NCBI GenBank assembly: GCA_963726265.1
Contig: CAVSBQ010000002.1
Location: 384,001 to 448,000, forward strand
Source of the DNA: Candidatus Aenigmatarchaeota archaeon
GTDB lineage: Archaea; Aenigmatarchaeota; Aenigmatarchaeia; QMZP01; QMZT01
Length of the DNA stretch: 64,000 bases
Reading direction: 5' to 3'
The position numbers and the translations under genes are program-made. Below the pieces are notes generated by a model. That model saw only the letters and a program-made list of their open reading frames with translations, ran no database searches and was not told where the DNA came from. How positions within the stretch are numbered: the first letter of the stretch is position 1; every line of letters begins with the position of its first letter. Shown in pieces: positions 1-11,100 of this stretch.

Positions 1-1895
1 ACTGCACCGGTGACGAGGGAGTGTTTGACGACGGCTGCTATCTCGATGGCGCGGATGATTACGTAAACATATCAAGCGTGAACCCCACCACCGACTATAT
101 AACCGTGGCCATCTGGGTCAAAGCTGCCAATTCAAGTGGTTATTACGGCTCTTATTACCAGATTGTAAGCAAATACAGTGCGTATATACTCGGAGGCAAT
201 ACCACCAACGGCAAGAACATGAACTTCATAATCTACAACAGCAGCAGCTGGTTTGACTACACAAATGGCTATTATATAGATGACCCTTCCAAGTGGCACC
301 ATTTTGTCGGCACCTTTAACAGCTCAACGCACGAACTAAAGTTCTATTCCGACGGGATTTTGAGGTCCACCAAAACCGTTTACGGAACAATAGCCACGGA
401 TACCGGCCCCTTGCACATAGGCCACAGGGAAGCCGACGTGCCGGGCACCAATCATTTCAACGGTTCGATAGACGAGGTCGTGATATACAACCGCTCGCTT
501 TCCGACTCGGAGGTCCTAGCGATGTACCAGCGGGGCAGGGCCAACGATTCTTCCGCCACCCCTGCGAAAAACAACAGCTGCCAGTTGGTCGGGCCTGTCC
601 AGACAGGCGGAAAAGTTGGAACCGCCCTTTCCTTCGACGGCAGCAACGACTACGTCGATTGCGGCAACGACACGAGCCTGAACATGGCGGGCGACTTTTC
701 CATGGATGCATGGATATATCTGAACAGCAGTGGAATAATAACCCATCGCATAATGTCAAAGGGCGACTATAACGATAATTGCAAGCTGAATTATTTTTTC
801 CAGATAGCAGGTACAAATTTAACAGGTGGGGGATTTTTTAATGACTGCACAACCTATGTCTCTTTGTATGGAAAAACTTACTTAAAATTAAACAGATGGT
901 ATCATGTCGCAGCCACGTGGGATAACACAACAAAAATCTTTAAAATTTACGTGAACGGCGCCCTGGATAACTCTTCAACGTTTCCGGGCAAATCTCCAAC
1001 GACCAATCCATACAGCATGATGATTGGCAGGTTGGGTTCTTCGGCCGCGTTCTACGGCTTTAACGGCTCTATAGACGAGCCTGCCATCTATAATCGCACG
1101 CTTTCGGCCAGCGAGATTTACGACCGCTACATGCGCGGCCTGGTAATGAAATTCAGGATAAAAACATGCCAGCTTTCAGACTGCGCCGACCAGGGAACGG
1201 TGCTCGGCCCCGACCTCACGGTTTCAACCTATTTCACCAACTCCAGCGGCAACCCGCTGATAAACTTCACGAACGCGACGAGATATTTCCAGTGGAGAGT
1301 GAATCTTGAAAACCTGGAAGATTCCGGCACCACCCCATACCTGCAGGATGTCGCCGTTAACTACACGGGCATACTCACGGACGCGTCTGGCAATTACAAC
1401 TACTCGTTCACCGCGCCGGCGGCTGAGGGAACGTATCCCGTCGTCGTCAACACCACGTTCATGGGCTTATACGGCAACAACAGTAAGGACCTGCTGGTAT
1501 CGAATTACATCGTAAGCGGGGGCCATGGGACGACGTGCGACGCGACCCACAAATGCATGTTTATTTACGATTCCACCAGCACTGCCAGGGCCAGGTTCGA
1601 TGCAACGGGCAACGTTGACGTGATAGGCGGCTTCCTTTATTCGCAGGCGTCTGTTGCGCCGTCCGCGAAAAGCTTCGTGATAAGGGATTCCGCCGGCAAT
1701 GCCGTGTTTTACATAAACACGACCGGTCACATTGTGACGAAAGGCACGTACATCAGGCAGTCCTCGATAGTGCCGACGGGTAACAACGACTTCATAATAA
1801 AGAACTCTAGCGGCTCGGCAATCGGCTATATAGACGGGGGAACGGGCAGTATGTATTTCAGGGGCGTGCTGCACTACAACTCTGACTTTACTTGA
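1..1895 (+). CDS. LamG/concanavalin A-like domain surface protein (5' truncated by window edge)
   Basis: Two LamG-like repeats (WHHFVGTF, WYHVAATW, FNGSIDEVVIYNRSLS, FNGSIDEPAIYNRTLS); frame appears open to the window start. Confidence 0.85.
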   Translation, partial: CTGDEGVFDDGCYLDGADDYVNISSVNPTTDYITVAIWVKAANSSGYYGSYYQIVSKYSAYILGGNTTNGKNMNFIIYNSSSWFDYTNGYYIDDPSKWHHFVGTFNSSTHELKFYSDGILRSTKTVYGTIATDTGPLHIGHREADVPGTNHFNGSIDEVVIYNRSLSDSEVLAMYQRGRANDSSATPAKNNSCQLVGPVQTGGKVGTALSFDGSNDYVDCGNDTSLNMAGDFSMDAWIYLNSSGIITHRIMSKGDYNDNCKLNYFFQIAGTNLTGGGFFNDCTTYVSLYGKTYLKLNRWYHVAATWDNTTKIFKIYVNGALDNSSTFPGKSPTTNPYSMMIGRLGSSAAFYGFNGSIDEPAIYNRTLSASEIYDRYMRGLVMKFRIKTCQLSDCADQGTVLGPDLTVSTYFTNSSGNPLINFTNATRYFQWRVNLENLEDSGTTPYLQDVAVNYTGILTDASGNYNYSFTAPAAEGTYPVVVNTTFMGLYGNNSKDLLVSNYIVSGGHGTTCDATHKCMFIYDSTSTARARFDATGNVDVIGGFLYSQASVAPSAKSFVIRDSAGNAVFYINTTGHIVTKGTYIRQSSIVPTGNNDFIIKNSSGSAIGYIDGGTGSMYFRGVLHYNSDFT

Positions 1896-2019
1896 GTAGT
1901 GGTATGAAATATGAAATGGCTGTATGCTTCAAAAAACGGGGTCATAAAGGAGAATTCAAATTAATACTTTAAAAAGTATAATATTATATTAATAAAAGTA
2001 TACTAAGAGGAGACGGGAT

Positions 2020-2628
2020 ATGTTAACGGGACATGAAATTGAAATCATTGACGTTTTCAGGAAGGATCTGTTCAGGAGCTACACCATAAGGGAGCTGATG
2101 AAAGCGACGGGCAGAAAAACGTATACGTGGACCTTCAGTTCAGCCAAAAAACTCGGGAAAAGCGGGATAATGAAAATGGAAACGAAAGGGAATTGCAGAA
2201 TATGCAGCATAAACCTTCACAGCTCACTTGCCATCGCATATCTCTCGCTGCTCGACGAGACTGAAGCTGTTTCAAGAAAGATACCCCACCTTGACGAGCT
2301 GATTGATGAGATGCCGGCACCCTTTTTCACGTTCATTGTGGGAGGCAGCTATGCGGAAGGCATACAGACGAAAAAGTCCGATTTGGATGTCTGCGTCATA
2401 GTCAATGATGCCGCAGACACGCAAAAAATACAGCGCATGCTTGAGAACAAGATTATGATTCCCCGGCTTCATCCCTTTGTCTTCAGAAAATCGGAATTCG
2501 TCAAAATGCTGCTAAGCAAGGAGGCAAATTACGGCAGGATGCTATTCAGGAAGCGATTGATAGCGTTCGGCGCCGGGAATTATTACCTGATGATAAGAGA
2601 GGCGGTTGAAAATGGATTTAGAGGTTAG
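2020..2628 (+). CDS. Minimal nucleotidyltransferase (MNT) antitoxin with N-terminal HTH
   Basis: GSYAEGIQTKKSDLD matches GSx10DxD; wHTH-like N-terminus; overlaps the downstream HEPN gene. Confidence 0.85.
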   Translation: MLTGHEIEIIDVFRKDLFRSYTIRELMKATGRKTYTWTFSSAKKLGKSGIMKMETKGNCRICSINLHSSLAIAYLSLLDETEAVSRKIPHLDELIDEMPAPFFTFIVGGSYAEGIQTKKSDLDVCVIVNDAADTQKIQRMLENKIMIPRLHPFVFRKSEFVKMLLSKEANYGRMLFRKRLIAFGAGNYYLMIREAVENGFRG

Positions 2629-3097
2629 GCTGTACGTGGGACGCGCTGAAAATGAATTAAGGTTAGCAAATGCGCTCTTTAATCTGTCTAAAAACCCGAA
2701 GGCGAAGACGGAGCTTGGCGCCAACGAGAACGATACGTTTTACAGCGCCACAATAAGCCATGCATATTATTCAATATTTTATATCGCAAAAGCTCTGCTC
2801 TTGACCAAAAATATACGAACCAAGCCTCCGGAAGTCCATAAAAAGACGTATGACGAATTCGAGAGGCATTTTGTTGATACGGGCCTGCTTGACGTTGAAT
2901 TACTGAAAATGTACCAGACCATGATGGTGCGCGCGGACGAGCTGCTCTCGCTATTCAGGACGGAAAGGAAAAAGCGCGGGCATTTCACGTACCAGACACT
3001 CGCGCAAGCGAACGTCCCATACGCGGAAGAATCGGTAAGGAACGCGAGAAAATTCCTGGAGAACATAATGGAAGTCATAGGGAGAATTCATAAATGA
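2612..3097 (+). CDS. HEPN domain protein (toxin partner of MNT)
   Basis: AYYSIFYIAKALL, H..., RGHFTY pattern typical of HEPN; paired with MNT. Confidence 0.85.
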   Translation: MDLEVRLYVGRAENELRLANALFNLSKNPKAKTELGANENDTFYSATISHAYYSIFYIAKALLLTKNIRTKPPEVHKKTYDEFERHFVDTGLLDVELLKMYQTMMVRADELLSLFRTERKKRGHFTYQTLAQANVPYAEESVRNARKFLENIMEVIGRIHK

Positions 3098-3151
3098 AAC
3101 TTACGCTTCCAAAATTTCATGCTGAAGACTTTAAAGCAGGAGGTGACAGAG

Positions 3152-4228
3152 ATGGGCTTGAAGGAAAAGTCCAGAAAATCTAAGCTTGGAGGAAAACCAG
3201 CAAGCGTCCACGCATCCGGAGGACTTTTCAGGCCCAGAACAAAACCAGGCCTAGCGGCAGCTCTAGCCCTCGTTTGGGTCGCACTTGCCCTCTCGATAAC
3301 GGTTTCCTATGCTGAAGCGGCAGACCCCGGCCACGCTGCTTCGTCAATCTCGGCAGGAACGTTCGAGTCAGGCGATTACGCATTCCCTAACAACCTCAGC
3401 ATCACCAACAACCTGACAGTAAGCGGCAGTGTCGGCATAGGGATGCCGCCGTCCAGCTATCTGCTGCAGGTGGCCAAAACAGACAATTCAACAAATATCT
3501 CCGGCGTGCTTTATGTCAACGGGACCAGCGGCAGGGTCGGCATAATGTATGCGACACTGACGGCATCATCAGCCTTGTATGTCAACGGCAGCACTTATAC
3601 GAGCGGCACGCTTTCCAGTGGCAGCGACATTTACACCACCGGCACCGGAGATGACTTGTGGCTCGGCAACAGCACGCAGGCAAACTCCAAGCTGCAGCTG
3701 TTCGCGAACGGCGGCATCAACGCCCTTTTCTGGAACTTTACGGTGAACGAGACTACGGGCAACATCGGCATAGGAAAGATAATGCCGAACTACAAGCTTG
3801 AAGTCGAGACGACGGAGAATGCGCTGAACGTTTCAAATACGCTTTTCGTGAACGGAACTTCAGGCAGAGTCGGCATCGGGACGGCGAGTCCGGCACAGAA
3901 ACTGCAGGTTGAAGGTTGGGCAACCATAAGACTAAACACGACAGCCTCCGGTGGTCTGGCGTATGACATAAGTGCGTATCGTTACGGCGTGTCAAATGCC
4001 GGCTTTGAAATAAGGGACATCACTGCCAGCGTCACCAGAATAGCTATAGATGAAAACGGCAAAGTCGGCATCGGAACGGCAGCGCCGAGCAAGTGGCTCG
4101 AAGTGAGCAACTCGACGCAGGGCATAACCTTCGACCCGAATGTGACCTCGCCGACCATAAACACGACCGCCACGAAGGACCTTATCATAACTGCCGGCAG
4201 CGGCAACGTGATAATACAGCTGGGATGA
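3152..4228 (+). CDS. Secreted or membrane-anchored beta-repeat protein with VGIGT repeats (fibre-like)
   Basis: Hydrophobic segment followed by repeated GRVGIG/GNIGIG/GKVGIGT units; GGAGGTGA RBS before ATG 3152. Confidence 0.7.
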   Translation: MGLKEKSRKSKLGGKPASVHASGGLFRPRTKPGLAAALALVWVALALSITVSYAEAADPGHAASSISAGTFESGDYAFPNNLSITNNLTVSGSVGIGMPPSSYLLQVAKTDNSTNISGVLYVNGTSGRVGIMYATLTASSALYVNGSTYTSGTLSSGSDIYTTGTGDDLWLGNSTQANSKLQLFANGGINALFWNFTVNETTGNIGIGKIMPNYKLEVETTENALNVSNTLFVNGTSGRVGIGTASPAQKLQVEGWATIRLNTTASGGLAYDISAYRYGVSNAGFEIRDITASVTRIAIDENGKVGIGTAAPSKWLEVSNSTQGITFDPNVTSPTINTTATKDLIITAGSGNVIIQLG

Positions 4229-4324
4229 TGGTAGATGAAGTATGAATGTTATATGTAAATATCGCGATAAGACTGGGAAATGATATGAAAGAGAAAGAAT
4301 GAAAAGCTGAAAAGCTCGTCTGAG

Positions 4325-5893
4325 ATGGGCCTGCTGAAGGCGGAGTCTGTGGCATTCGTGCTGCTGCTCCTTAGCGTATGCATCGCTTCGGCGGCGGGGA
4401 ATTTCAGCTGCAGCATAACCGCAAGCGGCAGCTGCTCCTACACCAAGGTGCTTTACATGAAGAACGACACCGCAGGCTACTGGAACGCGCACGCGGAAAA
4501 CGTTTCTGCGGCGTCGTATCCGTATGCGATATGCTGCGATTCCAATGCGACGCTCGCGCTGAAATGCGGCGAAGGCGTGCTTTTCAATCTCAACACGACC
4601 ACGAACACGCACGTCCAGCGCGGCGATTACGCGGGACCGGGAATAGTTTACGGCATCGATGCGTGCATTGCCACGACGCCCGGCTACTTCAATTGCACAT
4701 ATGTCGACGACGCCTGCCCTGCCAACAGGGAATGCTTCGCCTCTATGACCAGCGACGCTGCTTCGGAGAACAACGACACCAATGCCCATGTCGGGCCGTG
4801 CGACGAATACAGGAGGAAGGTATGCTGCAGGGCCGTGAACGACATAAAGATCATGTATGTCAGCCCCACGCCTGAGGACAGCGCCAGGACGATTAACAAC
4901 AGCGTGACTATTAACGTCACCGTCGACGTGGACTCGGCTTTAACTGCCGACACGTGCATCCTCGAATGGAGTGCCGGCGCGGCCGCTGCGCAGAACGAGA
5001 CCATGGAAATGATCGGTTCGGGCAGCAGCGTGACGTGCAACGCGACCAAAGCGACGGCGGACGCGACTGTTTACACCTTCAGGGTCTACGCGAACGATTC
5101 GGCCAACGCTTTCGGCAGCGGGGCCGCAAGGCAGTTCAGGGAGAACGACGAACCGTCGAAAGTCACGCTTTCCTCGCCGGCGGACGGCTCGCACACCACG
5201 GACCGCACGCCGACTTTCCAATGGGACGCCGCAAGCGACGGCGATTTCGACACGCTCACATATTATATCAATATATCATGCTTCGGCGGCGACGGCTGCT
5301 CGGAGGACAACAGGTTCGTGAACGTGGGCACGGGCACCTCGTATACGCCATCCGAAGAGCTGGAATTCTTCGGCGACGACAACTTTTACTACAACTGGTC
5401 CGTCATGGCATTTGACAACTACGAGAACGGCACGTGGAGCGACCCATGGAACCTGACAATAGACGTGGATGTCTCGATAACCATGATCAACAGCATGGTC
5501 GACTTCGGCGAGAACAGGCTGCTCGGTTATACGGACAACACTACTGACAGCGATCCCTCCCCCTTCTCGCTGAAGAACACGGGCAACTGCATGATAGACG
5601 TCAACATATCGTCCAGCGACCTGCTGTGGGATGCGGTCTCGCAGCCCTCGGACTACTTCAACTATTCCGTGAACTGGTTTACGGGAGAGGAAGGCGCCTT
5701 CAACTGGAGCGGCTCGCAGACCAGCTCGGTGAACATGCCAGTAGTCGCGCAGAACGTGAGCTTCATAAACTATCTTAATTACACGTTCGGCAACAGCTCG
5801 GCTGAAATCGAGCTTTACATCAAGGTCCCGCCCGCGGAGCCGCCCGGGACGAAATCATCGCTTATCATATTCACGGGAGAGTATCACAGGTGA
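4325..5893 (+). CDS. Secreted Cys-rich/FN3-like protein with C-terminal pilin-like domain
   Basis: Signal peptide, Cys-rich N-domain, TPTFQW Ig/FN3 module; C-domain resembles the 11843-12519 product. Confidence 0.7.
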   Translation: MGLLKAESVAFVLLLLSVCIASAAGNFSCSITASGSCSYTKVLYMKNDTAGYWNAHAENVSAASYPYAICCDSNATLALKCGEGVLFNLNTTTNTHVQRGDYAGPGIVYGIDACIATTPGYFNCTYVDDACPANRECFASMTSDAASENNDTNAHVGPCDEYRRKVCCRAVNDIKIMYVSPTPEDSARTINNSVTINVTVDVDSALTADTCILEWSAGAAAAQNETMEMIGSGSSVTCNATKATADATVYTFRVYANDSANAFGSGAARQFRENDEPSKVTLSSPADGSHTTDRTPTFQWDAASDGDFDTLTYYINISCFGGDGCSEDNRFVNVGTGTSYTPSEELEFFGDDNFYYNWSVMAFDNYENGTWSDPWNLTIDVDVSITMINSMVDFGENRLLGYTDNTTDSDPSPFSLKNTGNCMIDVNISSSDLLWDAVSQPSDYFNYSVNWFTGEEGAFNWSGSQTSSVNMPVVAQNVSFINYLNYTFGNSSAEIELYIKVPPAEPPGTKSSLIIFTGEYHR

Positions 5894-6384
5894 ATGAAAT
5901 GGACAGGATGAAACTTTCGATAGCAGCGGCGGAGCTGGCGGTAATCGGCCTGCTGACGCTGCTGCTGGTCAACCTCGTAACCATACCGCTTGTCTCACCA
6001 CAGCACAAGCTTTACACCACGGACAGTATGCCTGAACTGGTCTGGGGCGGCATGCAGGGCGACTACGTTGTCCTGCTGGATGACAACCCGAAATTCTCGA
6101 CTCCGCTTACCGCGGAGGTTTCCGGCAACTCATACACGTTTCCGCAGGAGCTCGCTTTCGGTACGTATTACTGGAAGGTCCAGGCGGGCCCGATGTCGAG
6201 CGAGGTGCGAAGGTTCACGCTAGGCTCGAGCGTTGTCCTGTCCAGAGAAGGAGATGAGGTCAGGAACGAAGGCAACACGGAGCTGCTGGTGCATGCGCCC
6301 AGCATAACGGGCGCTTTCATGCTTGGCGTGAATGAAACGGTGGAATTGGGAGCGGAGGAAAATGTCATGGCAGAGCAGGCTTAG
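5890..6384 (+). CDS. Membrane-anchored FN3/Ig-like protein
   Basis: N-terminal TM, GTYYWKV motif; overlaps both neighbours. Confidence 0.7.
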   Translation: MNEMDRMKLSIAAAELAVIGLLTLLLVNLVTIPLVSPQHKLYTTDSMPELVWGGMQGDYVVLLDDNPKFSTPLTAEVSGNSYTFPQELAFGTYYWKVQAGPMSSEVRRFTLGSSVVLSREGDEVRNEGNTELLVHAPSITGAFMLGVNETVELGAEENVMAEQA

Positions 6385-7591
6385 GTGGCTGGCATGCGTG
6401 CTGGCGCTGGTGGCGGTGTTCAGCTGTGCCGCTGCGAACGCGGCAGCGATAGGCCTCACGCCGGGCAGGACTACCATCGACTTCGAGCCGAACATGGAAA
6501 AAACCGTGACCTTCACGATAATCAACAACGAACACAAGAACTTCAACGCGCTCGTTTACGCCGAAGGCGATCTCAAGGATTACGTCGCCCTCGGCAAGAA
6601 CATCGTCGAGTTCAAGGAAACGGACAACACGAAGGAGTTTTCATACGCCGTAAAGCTGCCTGATAAAATCGACAAGCCCGGCGACCACTGGGCCAAGATA
6701 ATCGTCATGGAAATGCCGCCGGGGACCGAGGCCGAGAAGCTCGAGGGGCAGTTTGTCATAGCCACGACCGCGGTAGTCCACCAGCTTAGGGTCAAGGTTC
6801 CCTACCCGGGCAAATACGCCGACCTTGACATGGTCGTGCAGGAAGCGGAACCAGGCCAGACCGCGACGTTCTTCGTCAAGCTCTACAACCTAGGCACCGA
6901 GGACATCTACAAGGCCTTCGCGACCATTGACATCCTGGGCCCGACCAACGAGAAGATAGCGATGCTAGAGAGCGACGAGATAGCGCTGGAATCGAAGAAG
7001 GGCGGCGAACTTATAATCCCGTGGAAGGCCGACGTCAACCCCGGCACGTATCACGCGGTCGCGACCGTAAACTACGACGGGAAAATCGGGACTGTTGAGA
7101 AGAATTTCGGCATAGGCGCGCTGAGGATAGAGGTCGTCGACGTGCAAGTGAGGAATTTCGTTTTGGGAGGCATAGCGAAGTTCGAGATAAATGTCGAGAA
7201 CAAGTGGAACCAGAAGGTCGACGGCGTATACGCGGAAGTCGTAATGAGCGACCAGAAAGGCGACACTGTGGCGAGTTTCAAGTCCGCGTCCGTCGACGTC
7301 GACGCGCTACAAAGATCGACACTCTACGCCTACTGGGACACGCAGGGCATCGAGAAAGGCGCGTACGAAGCGAAGCTCGTGTTGCACTATGCGGGCAAGA
7401 CGAGCGAGAAGGTGATGAAGACCTACGTCGAGCTCGAAAGCATAGAGACCGACATCGTAGGCTTGACCGCGAAGGTCATAACCTCCAAAGGCGGGGTGGG
7501 GCCGGGAACCGAGATACTCGTGCCGCTCGTCCTGATACTGGTGTTCATAAACGCAGGCTGGTTCTTCTACTTCAGGAGAAGGAAGAAATAG
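6362..7591 (+). CDS. Membrane-anchored multi-Ig protein (chaperone-like / WxL-interacting-like architecture)
   Basis: Signal peptide, three beta-sandwich segments, VPYPGKY linker, C-terminal TM plus RRRKK. Confidence 0.7.
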   Translation: MSWQSRLRWLACVLALVAVFSCAAANAAAIGLTPGRTTIDFEPNMEKTVTFTIINNEHKNFNALVYAEGDLKDYVALGKNIVEFKETDNTKEFSYAVKLPDKIDKPGDHWAKIIVMEMPPGTEAEKLEGQFVIATTAVVHQLRVKVPYPGKYADLDMVVQEAEPGQTATFFVKLYNLGTEDIYKAFATIDILGPTNEKIAMLESDEIALESKKGGELIIPWKADVNPGTYHAVATVNYDGKIGTVEKNFGIGALRIEVVDVQVRNFVLGGIAKFEINVENKWNQKVDGVYAEVVMSDQKGDTVASFKSASVDVDALQRSTLYAYWDTQGIEKGAYEAKLVLHYAGKTSEKVMKTYVELESIETDIVGLTAKVITSKGGVGPGTEILVPLVLILVFINAGWFFYFRRRKK

Positions 7592-7624
7592 GTCCAGTAA
7601 AAGGCGTTGCATTAATAATCCGGT

Positions 7625-8065
7625 TCAAACGGTTATTTTTTCCGAGCTTGTCGAAAGCACGGCTTCGCCATAGCTGACCTCGACCGTGAGCGAGTGCTCG
7701 CCCGGCCCGACCGCCGTGTCCAGGCCGAATTCGGCTATCGGCAAACTGTAGGCATACACGCCTCCATAGCCGTAGACTTCGTAGCTTATTGCCAGACTTG
7801 AGCCCTCGACGCGCTCATACGCGCTGCCCGTCTTTTCGATGAAGGCCTTCATGGCCATCGCTGAGCTTCTGCCGTCCAGCCGGACGGTCACGACAGCATC
7901 CTCGGGGATGAAGCCGTCCTTACCTATGGAAACGCTTATGTTTGCCGATAACTCGCTTTCCCCGGGCCTAGTGGCCGTGGCGAAACCCGTTATGTCAGGC
8001 CTGGTAATTAGAATGAGGATTAACACGATGCTCGCTACCGGCAGAATGAAAAATCTCCTGTCCAT
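7625..8065 (-). CDS. Small membrane-anchored Ig-like protein with ITGFAT motif
   Basis: N-terminal TM followed by ITGFAT; PGEHSLTVEV Ig strand. Confidence 0.7.
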   Translation of the reverse strand: MDRRFFILPVASIVLILILITRPDITGFATATRPGESELSANISVSIGKDGFIPEDAVVTVRLDGRSSAMAMKAFIEKTGSAYERVEGSSLAISYEVYGYGGVYAYSLPIAEFGLDTAVGPGEHSLTVEVSYGEAVLSTSSEKITV

Positions 8066-8166
8066 CCAGTCTTTTATTGGCGCGAAAATTTAAATATCGG
8101 TTAAAGCGATGCCCGTGCGCGCCGCGTGCCGAGCCGTTTTTATTGGGGCCGCGCCAATTATAAAAT

Positions 8167-11100
8167 ATGCTGGGGTCCGGGAGGCTGTTGGTTCTGTTTT
8201 TCGTGGCAGCTATATTAATCTTAATCGCGGGCTCGCGGAATGCCTCGGCGGCCGAATACACGTGCAATTCCGGTTCCGACTGTTCGTCCAAGATACAGGC
8301 CGCTACCAGCGGGGACACGGTAAGGCTGAACGCTTCGCTGACCTTCGCGACCATCGACTTCAACGGAGCCGACGGCATAACATTTGACTGCGACGGCTTC
8401 AGTGTCGCTGGCGTCGATGTCGGAGAAAGCATCAATGGCATTGGCATATACCTTCACGACGGCTCCAACAACAATACCATACGCGATTGCTTTTTTAACA
8501 CCCTTCAATACGGCCTGTTCATCTCCGGCGAGAACAACACGATAACGAATGCGACAATTAATTATACCATGTCTGGCGTTTTTCTGGCCGGCGACTCGAA
8601 CTACAACAGACTTGTGAACGTGACTCTGGTGGATGAAGACGTTATCATAGACTATGGCTCATCCTATGCGTGCACCGACAGCCTGGTGAACGTGACGGGC
8701 TCCGGCAACAGGCCGATAAGGTATTACAACGCTTCGGTGAACCTCACCGGAGAGGTCCTGTCGAAACTAATCCTGTGCAATGCCAGCTATTCCAACATAA
8801 CCAACATTACCGTCACGGGGGCGGTAACGGGCGGCATTGTCGCATACCAGACGAAATATTCGAATTTCAGCGCGATTAATATTTCGGCTTCATACGGCTA
8901 CAACGGGAACGTTTGGGTTTACTACTCCCACAACAATTCTTTCACAAATCTCGCGCTTGACAACAATTTCATTGGTGGCGGCGGCAGTTTGCATGTTGAA
9001 TATTCGGATGACAACACGTTTGTCAACGTTACGGCGAATTACGAACAAGGCACGGGTGTTAGTGTTTCTTCGTCCCAGAAAAATACTTTCACCGGCATCA
9101 CAGCCAACTACAACACGTATGGCATCTCACTCGATTCTTCCGATAACAACGCGTTTGTCAACATTACGGCGAATTACAATGATGGTGACGGCTTTTCTGT
9201 TAGTTCGTCGCTCAACAACACGTTCGACAGGATAATAGCCAGCAACAACTATGATGGATTTGAAATCTCTGGCTTATCCTCGTTCAACGTATTGAATAAT
9301 TCGCGCATAGAAAACAGCACGGAGTACGGCATCATCCTTTACTCATACGACCCGGACTATGCTCTCTACAACACGTTCCGCAACAACCTGTTCAACAATT
9401 CCGCGAATCTTTATTCAGACAATGATCAGAACCAGAACTACTGGAACACGACGCTGCGGGCGGGCCAGAGGATATACGCGGGCGGCAATTACATAGGCGG
9501 CAACTACTGGGCGTCCCTGGACGGGACGGGCTATTCACAGCTCTGCAAGGACGCGGACGGCGACGGCATCTGCGATTCCGCTTACGCGCCCGCCACGAAC
9601 AACACGGACTACCTGCCGCTTAGTGATCAGTATATGATAAGAGAAATCACCGCATGCAGGCTTCTGAACGAGACCGGATGGACCTACAACCTCACGCAGG
9701 ACATCACGGATTCCGCCAGCACGGCCTGCATGAACGTGACCGCAGACAACGTCACGCTCGATTGCGGAGGCCGCAGGATAGACGGCACCTATACCTTGAA
9801 CACTTACGGCGTCTATATGAAGGACAGGAAGAACGTCACCGTCAGGAACTGCACCATAACGGACTGGTGGTTCGGCGTTTTCATGAACACCAGCCTGCGC
9901 AGCAACATCTCCGCCAGCAACCTGACAGGCGACAACACCGGGCTGCGCATCCTTAACTCCTGGAACAACACCCTGAACGACAACTTCGTGAACAGCATCG
10001 GCACCGGCGTCTACCTTAGCAATTCATCGTTCAATTCCATCAGCCGCAACACGATAAAGAACTCCGATGCCGGCATTTCCTTCTATTTATCGTCCATGAA
10101 CAACACGCTGTCAGGCAATAATCTCGAGTCATTCGCAAACTACGCCCTATACATATACCAGTCGCCTGACAACTTCTTCCGCGACTCGAACATAACGAGC
10201 ACGTCGACGAACATTTACCATTTCGCGTCCGGCAATACCGTCTTCCTTAACGTGAGCCTCGACAGGACCAAAATCACCGTGGACGCGGGCGCAGTTTACA
10301 TCAACTGGTATCTGGACGTGAGGGTCGTCGGCGAAAGCGGCCCGGCGCTGGACCAGGCCAACGTGACCGTGAAAAACAGCGGGAACACGACCCTGTTTTC
10401 CGGGACGACCAACGCGTCTGGCTACATAATCAGGCAGAACGTGACCGAGTTCCACCAGAACTTCACCGGCCAGTTTTACTACAACAACCACACCATAAAC
10501 GCCAGCAAGTTCGCCTACGTCTCAGGCCAGGCGTCCGTAAACGTTACGTCAAACCGGCTGGTCACCATCACGCTAATCGAGAGCGTGCCTTACGTGCAGG
10601 TCAAGACATACACGCTGGGCCTGACCGAGACCGACACCATAAAGCCGGGCAGGATAGTCAGGATACGGGCCATCGTCAACTACATCATGGGCAGGGATTA
10701 TCTGGCGAATGCCACCATCCTGATAAGGGACAACCAAGGCTCGACTGTCGTGGATGGCGCGCTGATGCCCAACGTCTCCGTCATAACGAACGGCTACACC
10801 TATGAATATAATTATACTATTGCCAACGGCTCCGCAGGCGTATGGTCGATAAACGTCACCGCAGCGGATACGCTGGGAAAGAAGGGATACGGCAGCAAGA
10901 AAATCGCCATCCTCCCGATCACGCTCCGGATAAGGCTCGTCCTGAACAGCACGTCCGACAGCATCTACGTGCCCGGGGAGGTCGAGACGCCCTTCTCCGG
11001 CCTCACCACGTCGGACTACGCCAGCCCGGACCACCAGTATATTGCCTCGTATTCCGGCGGCCCCTCAGGCAGCCTGGAGGCGCTGGTGTTCTCGCAGCTC

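Noticed and set aside
3152..4228. Prophage tail fibre
   Set aside because: Has a signal/TM segment and no viral genes nearby; better read as a cellular surface protein
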